Positions 31,294 through 40,576 of a stretch of 50,150 bases of DNA are shown one piece after another. Source of the stretch: Acutalibacteraceae bacterium. GTDB taxonomy: Bacteria; Actinomycetota; Coriobacteriia; Coriobacteriales; QAMH01. Numbering within the stretch: the first letter of the stretch is position 1; each line of letters starts with the position of its first letter. The translations under genes were made by a program, and so were the position numbers. The notes beneath the pieces are model-generated. The model searched no databases. It was not told the DNA's origin and was given only the letters and a program-made list of their open reading frames with translations. The stretch lies in NCBI GenBank assembly GCA_963606965.1, contig CAVDAL010000108.1, positions 1-50,150 on the forward strand. Reading direction: 5' to 3'.

Positions 31294-34200
31294 TTAACTC
31301 AATTTTATTGATTCTTCCCCAACCAAAGCTTTGATAAGCTCAAGCATTTCTTTCGATTTCAAATTAACTGTCATTGGCAATTCTGCTCTAAATTTGCGCC
31401 CGTCAGATTGTTCCACAAAGATAGTCACAGGCTGGCCACCTGGATAGTTATCAAAAATCGAATAAAGTTTGCCAACAAGTTCATTTGAATATTGACAAGC
31501 TTGCATTGAAATTGCCATAGCTTTAGGGCCTGATGCTCCCTCTTTGCCTTTAAAGTCTAAAGCACCAAGTTCATAAGCTATTAACTGTGTGCCACGGTCG
31601 CTTCTTTCAAATTTGCCGCGAATGCTAACAACGCGATCAACTTCCAAAATGCCGCGATATTTTTCTAAAGTTTCACTCCAAAGCAAGCAATCTATCGTGC
31701 CCATCATATCTTCAAGCTTAATGATTGCCATGTTCGTTTTGTTCTTTGTTGTCTTGATTGTCACATCTGAAATAAGACCTGCAAATGTATATGTCTGCTT
31801 GTCTTTGAGTTTATCTTCGTCATTCACATCTCCCAAAGATGCAAAATGTGACTTTTCAAAAATCTCTTTATAAGGCGAAAGTGGGTGGTCACTAACATAG
31901 ATGCCAACATATTCTTTTTCGAATGAAAGCTTAACTTTTCTGTCCCATTCAATGCCATCTGGAGCAGGAATTTCATCCATAAATCCATTGGAAGAGCCAT
32001 CTTCTTCTTCCGCAAACAAATCGAACATTGAAACTTGACCAGCTTCTTTGTCGCGCTGGCGCTGCTGTGCACTTTCTAACAAGGAGCCATCTGCAACCAA
32101 ATCCCAAAGCTGTTTGCGCGTGTATCCTGTTGAGTCAAAAGCACCAGATTTGATAAGAGATTCAATAACTCGTTTATTGCATGCTTCTGAAGGCAAGCGA
32201 TATAAAAAGTCATGCAAACTGCTATATTCGCCATTGCTTTCACGGTCATCAATAATAATCTGTGCAACCTTATCACCAACACCACGCAAGCCAGAAAGAC
32301 CAAAACGGATGCCTTCTTCAGTGGCCGTAAAGTCAGACCTTGAGCTATTTACATCTGGCGGCAAAACAGCAATATTGTCGAATTTGCAAGCATTGATATA
32401 TTGAACAATTTTGTCTGTCTTGCCTGCATAGCTTGACAAAACAGCTGCCATATATTCATGTGGATAATAAGCTTTAAGCCATGCAGTCTGCATAACTAAG
32501 ATAGCATATGCTGCAGAATGAGACTTGTTAAAAGCATATTCTGCAAATTTCAAAACATCATTCCAAATTTCTTGTGCAATTTCAAGCTTATAACCATTGC
32601 GAACAGCACCATTCATCCAATGGTCTTCCATTGTTTCGACCTGGCCGTCCGCCCACTCTTGTTTAACTTCGCGCATGAGCTCGATTTTCTTTTTAGCCAC
32701 AGCTTTACGAACTTTGTCACTTTCTCCTACTGTAAAGCCAGACATCTTTACAGAAATCTGCATAACCTGTTCTTGGTAAACCATCGTGCCATATGTCTGT
32801 TCAAGAATATCTTTCAAGCGTTCATCATAATAATGAATTGGCTTTTTGCCATTTTTGCAGTCGACAAAGTTTTTAACCATGCCGGAATTCAATGGGCCTG
32901 GGCGATACAAAGCAATAGTAGCAACGATATCGTTATAACTATCAGGCTTCATGTCTTTTAGCAGCGCAGACATGCCACTAGATTCAATTTGGAACACGCC
33001 GGAAGTATGACCACTGCACATCAATTCAAAAAGCTTTGGGTCTTTAAAGTCAACATCATGGTCAATATCAACATCGCGCCCATAATTATCATGAATATTG
33101 CGAAGCGCTTTTGATATAACAGTCAGCGTGCGCAAGCCCAAAAAGTCCATCTTGAGCAAGCCCATTTCTGCAACAAGATGGTGATCATATTGAGTGATTA
33201 CATCGCCGCCTTTTGTGTCGCGCTTTGTTGGAACATATTTTTCAATCGGGTCGCGACAAATAATAACAGCTGAAGCATGAACGCCTTCACCACGCGTAAT
33301 GCCTTCAAGCTTTTTAGCTGCATCGATAATCTTTTTAACGTCCGCATCAGTTTCATATTTATGTCGCAAATCTGGGTTTGCTTCCAGCGACTTTTCAAGC
33401 GTTGATTCAGAAATCATCTTTGAAATATCTTGAGAAAGCCAAACAGGATATTCCAAAACGCGCGCAGCATCACCAACAGCTTGCTTTGCTTTCATCTTAT
33501 TAAATGTGATGACGTGAGCAATCTTTTCTTCACCATAAATGTCGCGGACATGTTGAATAACTTCTCCGCGGCGCTCATCATCAAAGTCCATGTCGATATC
33601 AGGCATTTCTGTACGTTCTGGACTCAAGAAACGTTCAAAGATTAAGCCGTTTTCAAGCGGGTCAAATGTTGTGATATCTAAAGCATATGAAATGATTGAA
33701 CCAGCAGCAGAACCACGACCAGGGCCAACTCCTATGCCATTCTTTTTTGCCCACTGTGTAAATTCTTGCACGACCAAAAAGTAAGCAGGAAAGCCTTTCT
33801 TGCAGATAATTTCATATTCATGTTCAAAACGGTCGATAACTTCTTGCGGCAGCGGGTCGCCATATCTTTCTTTCAAGCCAGCAATTGCTTTTTTGCGAAG
33901 GAAGGATTCATTTGTTTCACCTTCTGGCAAAGGAAAAACAGGCAAAATGATTTTGTCAAAGTCCAAAGTAACATTGCATTTGTCTGCAATTTCAAGAGTT
34001 GTTGGCAAACATTCTGGATGAGCTTTTAGAGCTTCCGCCATTTCTTCTGGACTTTTGCAATAAAACTGATCATTTTTAAACTTCATGCGGTTTGGGTCAT
34101 CAAGCTTTTTTGCCATGCCAACACAAAGCATCAAATCTTGCGTATATGCATCTTCCTGCTTTAGATAATGCAAGTCATTTGTGCCAACAGTCTTTAAGCC

Positions 34201-34890
34201 AAGTTCATTTGCAAGGCGCGTTAAAACATCATTGAGTCGTTCTTCGCTTGTTCCATTATCTGTTTTAACTTCAGGCCCTTGATTTTGAAGCTCGATATAA
34301 AAATCTTCTTTGCCAAAAATATCAATGAATGTTTGTGCCCATTCCTTAGCACGATTATATTCCCCACGGTCAATGTAGCTTGGAATAATACCCGCCATGC
34401 AAGCACTTGTTGCTAAAATTCCTTCGTGATAATTTTGCAAAGATTCCAAAGTCACTCGAGGCTTGTAATAAAAGCCATCAACAGCCGCTTTTGAAACAAT
34501 ATGAATTAAATTGCGATAGCCTTCATTATCCTTTGCTAAAAGAAGCATGTGATAAAGTTCAGGATATCCATCTTTAGATAAGCTATTATCTGGAGTGAAA
34601 TAAACTTCACAACCCAAAATTGGCTTGATGCCAGCCTTTAATGCAGCTTTATAAAATTCTGCACAGCCATACATATAGCCATGGTCTGAAATAGCAACAG
34701 CTGGCATTCCTAATTCTTTTGCATATTTGCACAAGTCGTCCAAACGAGTTGCACCATCAAGCAATGAATATTCAGTATGAACATGCAAGTGAACAAAGCT
34801 ACCGGATTCCCTACAAAATGTTGGAATTGGACCTTTGCCTTCACTAGCAGCTTTTATTTGATCAAAACAAGGAATGTCTGTTGCTGCCAT
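31294..34890 (-). CDS. dnaE: DNA polymerase III subunit alpha (DnaE1-type)
   Basis: 1198 aa. PHP domain 'FVHLHVHTEYSLLDG', polymerase palm 'MPDIDMDFDDERR', HhH and OB-fold C-terminus. Confidence 0.97.
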   Translation of the reverse strand: MAATDIPCFDQIKAASEGKGPIPTFCRESGSFVHLHVHTEYSLLDGATRLDDLCKYAKELGMPAVAISDHGYMYGCAEFYKAALKAGIKPILGCEVYFTPDNSLSKDGYPELYHMLLLAKDNEGYRNLIHIVSKAAVDGFYYKPRVTLESLQNYHEGILATSACMAGIIPSYIDRGEYNRAKEWAQTFIDIFGKEDFYIELQNQGPEVKTDNGTSEERLNDVLTRLANELGLKTVGTNDLHYLKQEDAYTQDLMLCVGMAKKLDDPNRMKFKNDQFYCKSPEEMAEALKAHPECLPTTLEIADKCNVTLDFDKIILPVFPLPEGETNESFLRKKAIAGLKERYGDPLPQEVIDRFEHEYEIICKKGFPAYFLVVQEFTQWAKKNGIGVGPGRGSAAGSIISYALDITTFDPLENGLIFERFLSPERTEMPDIDMDFDDERRGEVIQHVRDIYGEEKIAHVITFNKMKAKQAVGDAARVLEYPVWLSQDISKMISESTLEKSLEANPDLRHKYETDADVKKIIDAAKKLEGITRGEGVHASAVIICRDPIEKYVPTKRDTKGGDVITQYDHHLVAEMGLLKMDFLGLRTLTVISKALRNIHDNYGRDVDIDHDVDFKDPKLFELMCSGHTSGVFQIESSGMSALLKDMKPDSYNDIVATIALYRPGPLNSGMVKNFVDCKNGKKPIHYYDERLKDILEQTYGTMVYQEQVMQISVKMSGFTVGESDKVRKAVAKKKIELMREVKQEWADGQVETMEDHWMNGAVRNGYKLEIAQEIWNDVLKFAEYAFNKSHSAAYAILVMQTAWLKAYYPHEYMAAVLSSYAGKTDKIVQYINACKFDNIAVLPPDVNSSRSDFTATEEGIRFGLSGLRGVGDKVAQIIIDDRESNGEYSSLHDFLYRLPSEACNKRVIESLIKSGAFDSTGYTRKQLWDLVADGSLLESAQQRQRDKEAGQVSMFDLFAEEEDGSSNGFMDEIPAPDGIEWDRKVKLSFEKEYVGIYVSDHPLSPYKEIFEKSHFASLGDVNDEDKLKDKQTYTFAGLISDVTIKTTKNKTNMAIIKLEDMMGTIDCLLWSETLEKYRGILEVDRVVSIRGKFERSDRGTQLIAYELGALDFKGKEGASGPKAMAISMQACQYSNELVGKLYSIFDNYPGGQPVTIFVEQSDGRKFRAELPMTVNLKSKEMLELIKALVGEESIKLS

Positions 34891-34989
34891 TAAATCCGCC
34901 TTTTCATTTTTATATTTAATGCTTGGAATGCAACAAGCAAATCAAGCCTTTAATTACCACAATATGTGCACTGACGCATAAGCTTTATG

Positions 34990-35385
34990 CTAAAGCGCAT
35001 CTGGATCTTGCGCGCGCAAGATGAAATGATATATCACTAAAACTATAGCTTGAACAATCAATGCAATAGCTGAAATAATAATTGTTTGCTCAATATATAA
35101 ATTATTCACTTCATAATAAATAATAGCTACGCATAAAATTATTCCAATAATTACAGAAGGAATAACCCAATTTTTCTTGCCATGTGGCGTTGTTGTGCAA
35201 GCATATCCTGCACATGCTGCAGCCAAGGCAAGCAAGCCAGCAAACCAAGCAGCAGTCACTGTTATGTCTCCTGTTGAAGTTGTTTGTTGAGCAAGAGACC
35301 TTGCACATGCTGCAACACCAATTGCAGCAACGATAACAGAAAGTATGCGAAGCAAAACTTGCTTAATTGTGATATGTTCTTCCAT
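34990..35385 (-). CDS. Hypothetical 4-TM membrane protein (last gene of the accessory operon)
   Basis: 131 aa with four hydrophobic segments and no motif I recognise. Lies 15 nt downstream of the CCG protein gene. Confidence 0.55.
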   Translation of the reverse strand: MEEHITIKQVLLRILSVIVAAIGVAACARSLAQQTTSTGDITVTAAWFAGLLALAAACAGYACTTTPHGKKNWVIPSVIIGIILCVAIIYYEVNNLYIEQTIIISAIALIVQAIVLVIYHFILRAQDPDAL

Positions 35386-35400
35386 AAAACCTACAACCTA

Positions 35401-36552
35401 CTATGAAAATACTTGTGCAAGCCAGCTGCCATATGGGCCAACCCACATTTCATTCAAACGCTTGAAATTTTCTTCCCAATCAAACTTGTTTGAAAAGATA
35501 AGTTCAAGATAGTTTTTATTATCAATACCAGCGCCTTTACCAGCACTTATCTGCTGGAAAGCAAATGTATATGTGCATGTTGGGCACATTGTTACAAGAG
35601 TGTCGCCCGGTACACATTGTGCAAAAATTTCTTCAACTTTTGCAGCTTGGCGCTCTGGCTTAAATGCACTCACAGCACCGCCTGCACCGCAACATCCACC
35701 ACAAATTTGCGGCGCATCTTGCGGCAAGCCCATTATATGCTTAATGCCATCAGATGCATTTGCACCATGGTCTTGACATGATACAAAAAAGCGAGGGCTT
35801 TTGACTTCTGCATTTTCACAATTAAAGCCGGCCTCTTCTAAGAAATTAGGTAACATGCAAGCCTGTGCACTGCATTCATATTTTTTAAGAGCTTTAACAA
35901 GAATGTTATAGCAGCCTGGGCAACAACATAAAACCTTTTTTGCACCACTTTGCTTAATTTCTGAAACAAAGCGTTCACACAAGGCATCTGCGCGATCAAT
36001 AAAACCAGCACTTTTCAAAGGTGAACCACAACAATAATCAACCAATGTTGTCTTGCCACCAAGCTCTTCAATCTTTGCAAAAATTTCACGCGTTAATTCA
36101 GGAGCATATGCTGCTAAAGAACACCCTGGGAAAAATGCTAATTCGCAGTCCCCGTCTTCATATTTATAAAGGTCTGTATATCCAATGCCATAAATAGCAC
36201 GATATGCTTTAAAGATATCCCATTCTTGGTCAACTTGAACACTAACCCAAGCAGCACGAGGAATAAAGCCAGCTTTTTGATAGTCTTGACGCCCTGCCAA
36301 CATCAGTGAAATAACATCAATATCTGAAGGGCATTCATTCACACAATAGCCACATAAAAAGCAGCTACGCAAAACCTGTGTCAAGTCTTGATTTTCTTCC
36401 TTGCTTCCCTGCGAAAAAGCATCATGCATCATTAACGCAAATTTGCCAAGGTCAGTATTTACTTCGCTTAAGTTTATGCAAGAATCTGTGCACTTTTCAC
36501 AATGAATACAAGCACTTGCAACATCGCTATATGTCTTTAATGTGTCAACCAT
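35401..36552 (-). CDS. HdrD/GlcF/GlpC-like iron-sulfur protein (2 ferredoxin-type Cys motifs + 2 CCG domains), copy B
   Basis: 383 aa. 'CIHCEKCTDSC' and 'CFLCGYCVNECP'. CCG signatures are 'FPGCSL...CCGSPL...CPGC' and 'SCQD...CCGAGG...CPTC'. Its start overlaps the upstream stop (TAATG). Confidence 0.8.
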   Translation of the reverse strand: MVDTLKTYSDVASACIHCEKCTDSCINLSEVNTDLGKFALMMHDAFSQGSKEENQDLTQVLRSCFLCGYCVNECPSDIDVISLMLAGRQDYQKAGFIPRAAWVSVQVDQEWDIFKAYRAIYGIGYTDLYKYEDGDCELAFFPGCSLAAYAPELTREIFAKIEELGGKTTLVDYCCGSPLKSAGFIDRADALCERFVSEIKQSGAKKVLCCCPGCYNILVKALKKYECSAQACMLPNFLEEAGFNCENAEVKSPRFFVSCQDHGANASDGIKHIMGLPQDAPQICGGCCGAGGAVSAFKPERQAAKVEEIFAQCVPGDTLVTMCPTCTYTFAFQQISAGKGAGIDNKNYLELIFSNKFDWEENFKRLNEMWVGPYGSWLAQVFS

Positions 36553-37778
36553 TACAACTCAATCTTCAAACCGTCATGCGCTAATATAACGCGACCTTCA
36601 TATTGTTTTATATGCTCTTCGATAATTTCAATAATATCTTCATCTTCATGGCAAATATGCGGAGCAAGATGTGTTAGCACGATCTTTCCAGCGCCTAAAT
36701 CCAAACCTTCTGCAATTGTTTGCTTCACACTATGATGCGTCCTATATGGCGTATCATTTTCCCAGAAAGTAGAGTCCAAAATCAAAGTATCAATACCGCG
36801 CAAAAGTTCATAAACTTCTGGCTTAAAGTCACCTGAATCTGGAGCATAAAAAGTGCGCTTGCCGCTTGGTGAAGTTATTAAATAACCAAAAGTCCCAGGG
36901 CAATGATTAAGCGGCAAAGCTTGAATTTTTAGCGAGTCAATTTCAATAGTTTCAAAGTCTTGCAAAATTTTTGTATCAAAACAATCACGCATATATTCAA
37001 ACTCTTTGAAAGTTTCATTAATTGCATATTCACTTGCATAAAAAGGTAAAGACGCGCCCATATATAAACGAACAAAATATTCAAGCTCACCAAAGCCACC
37101 AAGATGGTCAAAATGAGCATGAGTCAAAAAGACTTGGTCAAGTTCGCAAACATCTTCACGAATAAGTTGGTGACGAATATCCGGCGGCGTATCAATCAAG
37201 ATATTTTGATGACCACTAATTAAAGCTCCAGTGCAGCCACGCTTTAAAGTCGGGTCTTTTCTTGCTGCTTCACAAGCTTTGCAATGACAAAAGAATGCCG
37301 GAACACCACAGCCTGAAGATGTTCCAAGCAATGTAATTGCATGCTTTACCTGGGAAGACTTCATTGGTGCAGGGCCGCATGTTTGCCTATCTTGGCACAA
37401 GTCGCATTCATTGGATTGCTCATATGCAATTTCATCCCATGAACATTCCTCAAAGCCACATTTTTTATAAAAGCCTTTTGTTGGTCCTTCTGCCACTAAG
37501 AAAAGCTGTGGATAAATTTTTAAAGCATCCTTAACCAAAGCAATGCCAACGCCGCTGCCTCGCGCAACTTCAAAAACAGCAACAGGTCTGATATAAAATT
37601 TGCCATCGCTTAGCTGTTCGCAGCGACAAGCACCCAAGATTGTGTTATCAAGTTTTGCAGCAACGCGAATTCCATTCGGCTCTGCCACATCTCCAAAGCC
37701 TTCTGAATAAAAAAGAGAACGAATGATTTCCATGTCCTCTTCTTTTGCATCACGAATACGCCAAGCAGGACTTATCAT
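36552..37778 (-). CDS. GNAT N-acetyltransferase :: PhnP-like metallo-beta-lactamase-fold hydrolase fusion
   Basis: 408 aa from ATG 37778, which has the RBS GAGGAGGA and an ATGA overlap with the upstream stop. The ORF-track start 37805 is less likely. GNAT 'RPVAVFEVARGSGVGIALV'. MBL 'LLGTSSGCGVPAFFCHCKACEAA', 'LTHAHFDHLGG', 'LPLNHCPGTFGYLI', 'VLTHLAPH'. Confidence 0.75.
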   Translation of the reverse strand: MISPAWRIRDAKEEDMEIIRSLFYSEGFGDVAEPNGIRVAAKLDNTILGACRCEQLSDGKFYIRPVAVFEVARGSGVGIALVKDALKIYPQLFLVAEGPTKGFYKKCGFEECSWDEIAYEQSNECDLCQDRQTCGPAPMKSSQVKHAITLLGTSSGCGVPAFFCHCKACEAARKDPTLKRGCTGALISGHQNILIDTPPDIRHQLIREDVCELDQVFLTHAHFDHLGGFGELEYFVRLYMGASLPFYASEYAINETFKEFEYMRDCFDTKILQDFETIEIDSLKIQALPLNHCPGTFGYLITSPSGKRTFYAPDSGDFKPEVYELLRGIDTLILDSTFWENDTPYRTHHSVKQTIAEGLDLGAGKIVLTHLAPHICHEDEDIIEIIEEHIKQYEGRVILAHDGLKIEL

Positions 37779-38296
37779 TTGTCCTCCTCGAAGTGACCAA
37801 AGCACCCGCGCTGACTCATGATAAGAGTTTGCGTTGGAACAACTTTGCCTTCTTCTGTAATATCAGCGCATGTTTGAGCAATTTTTGTGCGCCCGATATA
37901 AAGCTCATGGTCGCCATAAATTTTATGTTCCATCAGTTCACATTCGACCCAAGACAAAGCTTCTTTAATTCGCGGTGCTTTTACAAATTGTGAACTTTGC
38001 GCTGTTAATCCAGCTTGTGCAAATCTATCTTCGACATGCTGGCCGCATATAATAGCAGCTTGCGCCTGTTGTGGACGCAGCATATTTATACAAAAACTTT
38101 CGCCTTCAATAATTGCTTTAGCAGTCTTGCCACCTGGGCGCAAAGCAATAGCAATGATTGATGGCTCATGTGAAAGCGGCATAGCCCAAGCAACGCTAGC
38201 GACACAAGGCTCACCATTGCAATCACTGGAAGTGACAAGTGTTACACTTGTTGGGACAAGCAAAGCAGCAATTTCTTTTCCTTCAACAGTATTCAT
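37775..38296 (-). CDS. Flavin reductase-like (FMN-binding split-barrel) domain protein
   Basis: 173 aa. 'VTLVTSSDCNGEPCVASVAWAMPLSHEPSIIAIAL', 'FCINML', and 'GDHELYIGR' match the Flavin_Reduct pattern. Confidence 0.8.
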   Translation of the reverse strand: MNTVEGKEIAALLVPTSVTLVTSSDCNGEPCVASVAWAMPLSHEPSIIAIALRPGGKTAKAIIEGESFCINMLRPQQAQAAIICGQHVEDRFAQAGLTAQSSQFVKAPRIKEALSWVECELMEHKIYGDHELYIGRTKIAQTCADITEEGKVVPTQTLIMSQRGCFGHFEEDK

Positions 38297-38302
38297 AATG
38301 CA

Positions 38303-39274
38303 TCACATAATTGGTGGTAGATAAATTTTGTCGCGTGACTGAGGAATGGCACGTTTGCGCAACTCAGTCAAGCCTTTGCAAATTGTTGGCATCATTTCTG
38401 TTGGAACACCCATAAACATCATGTCTTCACCAATGTCACTTGCAGCACGGCAACCATAGCAGCCAAAAGTAATATTTGGTTCATTATTTAAGAATGGATA
38501 TAAAACAGCTTCAACACACATTGAATTATATCCACTGGCGTGAAAGTCAAATCTGTGTCCTGTGTAATAGCTCATAGACATGCAAAGCCACATCATCTGT
38601 TCTGGAGTGCCAGTAAATACAACAACTTCAGGTTCACGCACAGTCTTTGAAAGTGGAGCAACATATGTTGCGCGACGTGACTTTTCTGGAAGAGTTGGAC
38701 GTTCTGCAACCATCTGAGCAGCAGCTTCTGCTGTTTCAAGCTTGTGAAATAAAACATAAATTTCACCTGTTGCAAGCTTTTTTGGAACATCTGTCATGCC
38801 AAAAATGCTTGTGCCATCAGGGCAAGAATGCTTATGAGGCGGCATCAAAATGCTTTGTCCGCGGCGTGCATTCATTAAAGCTTGGCAAAAACGCAAGTTT
38901 TCTGGTGGCATTGCAACATCTGGTAAAAGTTCATCTTTATCAATTAAACCAACAGCAACTGGACGCCAACGCAAGTCCAATTTTTCCATGCAAATCTTTT
39001 CCCATTCAGCATATTGTTTATGAAGCTCATTAGAAATTGGTTCTGCACGATCTTCATCTGCAAATGGGTCATAAACAGCACCGCCAATTGCTTCAACAGT
39101 TAAAGCACGCTTTTGGCATTGGCCCGAGCATGTATCGCAACCAACACATGCATCAATATCGACAACAACTGGTTTGCCATCTTTCATTTCAAAACAATAG
39201 CAAGGACAAAATGCCACGCACAAGCCACAACCAATGCACTTTGATGCATCATGAATGATTCTATAATCTGCCAT
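38303..39274 (-). CDS. 2x[4Fe-4S] ferredoxin domain fused to a DUF169 (COG2043) domain
   Basis: 323 aa. 'CIGCGLCVAFCP' and 'CVGCDTCSGQC' lie in the first 60 aa. The remainder ('WRPVAVGLI...LRFCQALMNARRGQSILM...HSCPDGTSIFGM') resembles DUF169 as I recall it. Confidence 0.65.
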   Translation of the reverse strand: MADYRIIHDASKCIGCGLCVAFCPCYCFEMKDGKPVVVDIDACVGCDTCSGQCQKRALTVEAIGGAVYDPFADEDRAEPISNELHKQYAEWEKICMEKLDLRWRPVAVGLIDKDELLPDVAMPPENLRFCQALMNARRGQSILMPPHKHSCPDGTSIFGMTDVPKKLATGEIYVLFHKLETAEAAAQMVAERPTLPEKSRRATYVAPLSKTVREPEVVVFTGTPEQMMWLCMSMSYYTGHRFDFHASGYNSMCVEAVLYPFLNNEPNITFGCYGCRAASDIGEDMMFMGVPTEMMPTICKGLTELRKRAIPQSRDKIYLPPIM

Positions 39275-40576
39275 CTATTCGCTTGCTCCTGTTCCCCACA
39301 TCTTATAAATTCTATTTCCGCAGCTATTCGTCATTTGATATGAACAAAATGGAATAACTCGCCCATCCTTCATCGCAACTGTCATTGAACATTCGCGCAT
39401 TCTCTCAACTGTAGTGCTCATTGCATCCATATAATTCATGATAATTACTGAAACTCCATGATCCCAATCTTTAACACCGCAATGAGCAAGCACATCTGTA
39501 AATGCTGAACCTTGCGGACTTGTTGGGTCAAAGTGTTCAATATATTGTTCACGCGTTAAGTCGCGTGTTGCACATTCCCAACCGCCTTCTGGTTTTGGAA
39601 CAAGAAATGTGCCAGTATCGCATAGCGGATGAGAACAGCCCAATGGCCAAATGTCAGAAGCTTTGATGAGCCCATCTGTTTGTTCTTCAAGAGAAAAGAT
39701 TGTATCTCCTGCTGTATATGGAGCAATTGCATCAGGTTCAAACCTGCCACTATTAAATGCTGGTTGCAAAGCAACGCCGCGAATTATGTCTGAATTATCT
39801 AGTGCAAACTGAATAACTTTGCCAACTTGATCATCATTTACACCGCTGACAATTGTCATGCAAATAACAACCTGAATGCCAACCTTGCGGCAATTTTCTA
39901 TCGCATTCAACTTTGCTTGAAACACTGCTTTGCTGCCACGGATAATGCTATATGGATTTTCATCCACGCCATCAAAAGCAATATATACGCCTGTAATTCC
40001 AGCATCTACAAGCTTTTGCAAATAATCAATATCTTTGCCAATTACAAGACCATTTGTATTTACTTCAATTCCAGTGAATCCATAGCGTCTAGCCATAGCA
40101 ACAATTTGAGGTAAGTCTTCACGCACCGTTGGCTCGCCGCCTGTAATTTGCAAGCCTGTTTCTGGTCCAACTTTTGTTGCAAGTGTTGAAATCAAGCCTT
40201 CAATTTCTTCAAAGCTAATTCCATCACTTGGAAAGTCAGCAGACATAAAACATACAGGGCATTTCATGTTGCAGCGGCGCGTCACTTCAATTTCGACAAG
40301 AGTACCGCGGCGTGTATGCCTTGAACAAAGTCCACAAGACTTGCAGCATGCGTCCGTGACTTGAGCATCTGCAACTTTTGGAGCAGTGCAGTCCATGTGC
40401 AAGCTGTTAAGCCACATATAATGGTCTGCATCTGGCCAAACATAGCTTGTGACTTCGCCATGTTCAGGACATGTGCGTTTCATCCAAACTTTATTATCAT
40501 CATCTGCATAAACTTCCGCATTTAAAGTTTTCAAGCAATGCGGGCATAAAGCATGTAACTTTTGGAGCGTCTTCAT
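39275..40576 (-). CDS. Radical SAM protein with N-terminal zinc-ribbon and extra Cys cluster (COG1964 / MJ0619-Tes-like architecture)
   Basis: 433 aa. 'CPHC...CPEHG' ribbon, 'CCKSCGLCSRH', the canonical 'RRCNMKCPVCF' CX3CX2C, 'ITGGEPT', and C-terminal 'IIMNYMDA...RECSMTVAMKDGRVIPFCSYQ'. Confidence 0.85.
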   Translation of the reverse strand: MKTLQKLHALCPHCLKTLNAEVYADDDNKVWMKRTCPEHGEVTSYVWPDADHYMWLNSLHMDCTAPKVADAQVTDACCKSCGLCSRHTRRGTLVEIEVTRRCNMKCPVCFMSADFPSDGISFEEIEGLISTLATKVGPETGLQITGGEPTVREDLPQIVAMARRYGFTGIEVNTNGLVIGKDIDYLQKLVDAGITGVYIAFDGVDENPYSIIRGSKAVFQAKLNAIENCRKVGIQVVICMTIVSGVNDDQVGKVIQFALDNSDIIRGVALQPAFNSGRFEPDAIAPYTAGDTIFSLEEQTDGLIKASDIWPLGCSHPLCDTGTFLVPKPEGGWECATRDLTREQYIEHFDPTSPQGSAFTDVLAHCGVKDWDHGVSVIIMNYMDAMSTTVERMRECSMTVAMKDGRVIPFCSYQMTNSCGNRIYKMWGTGASE

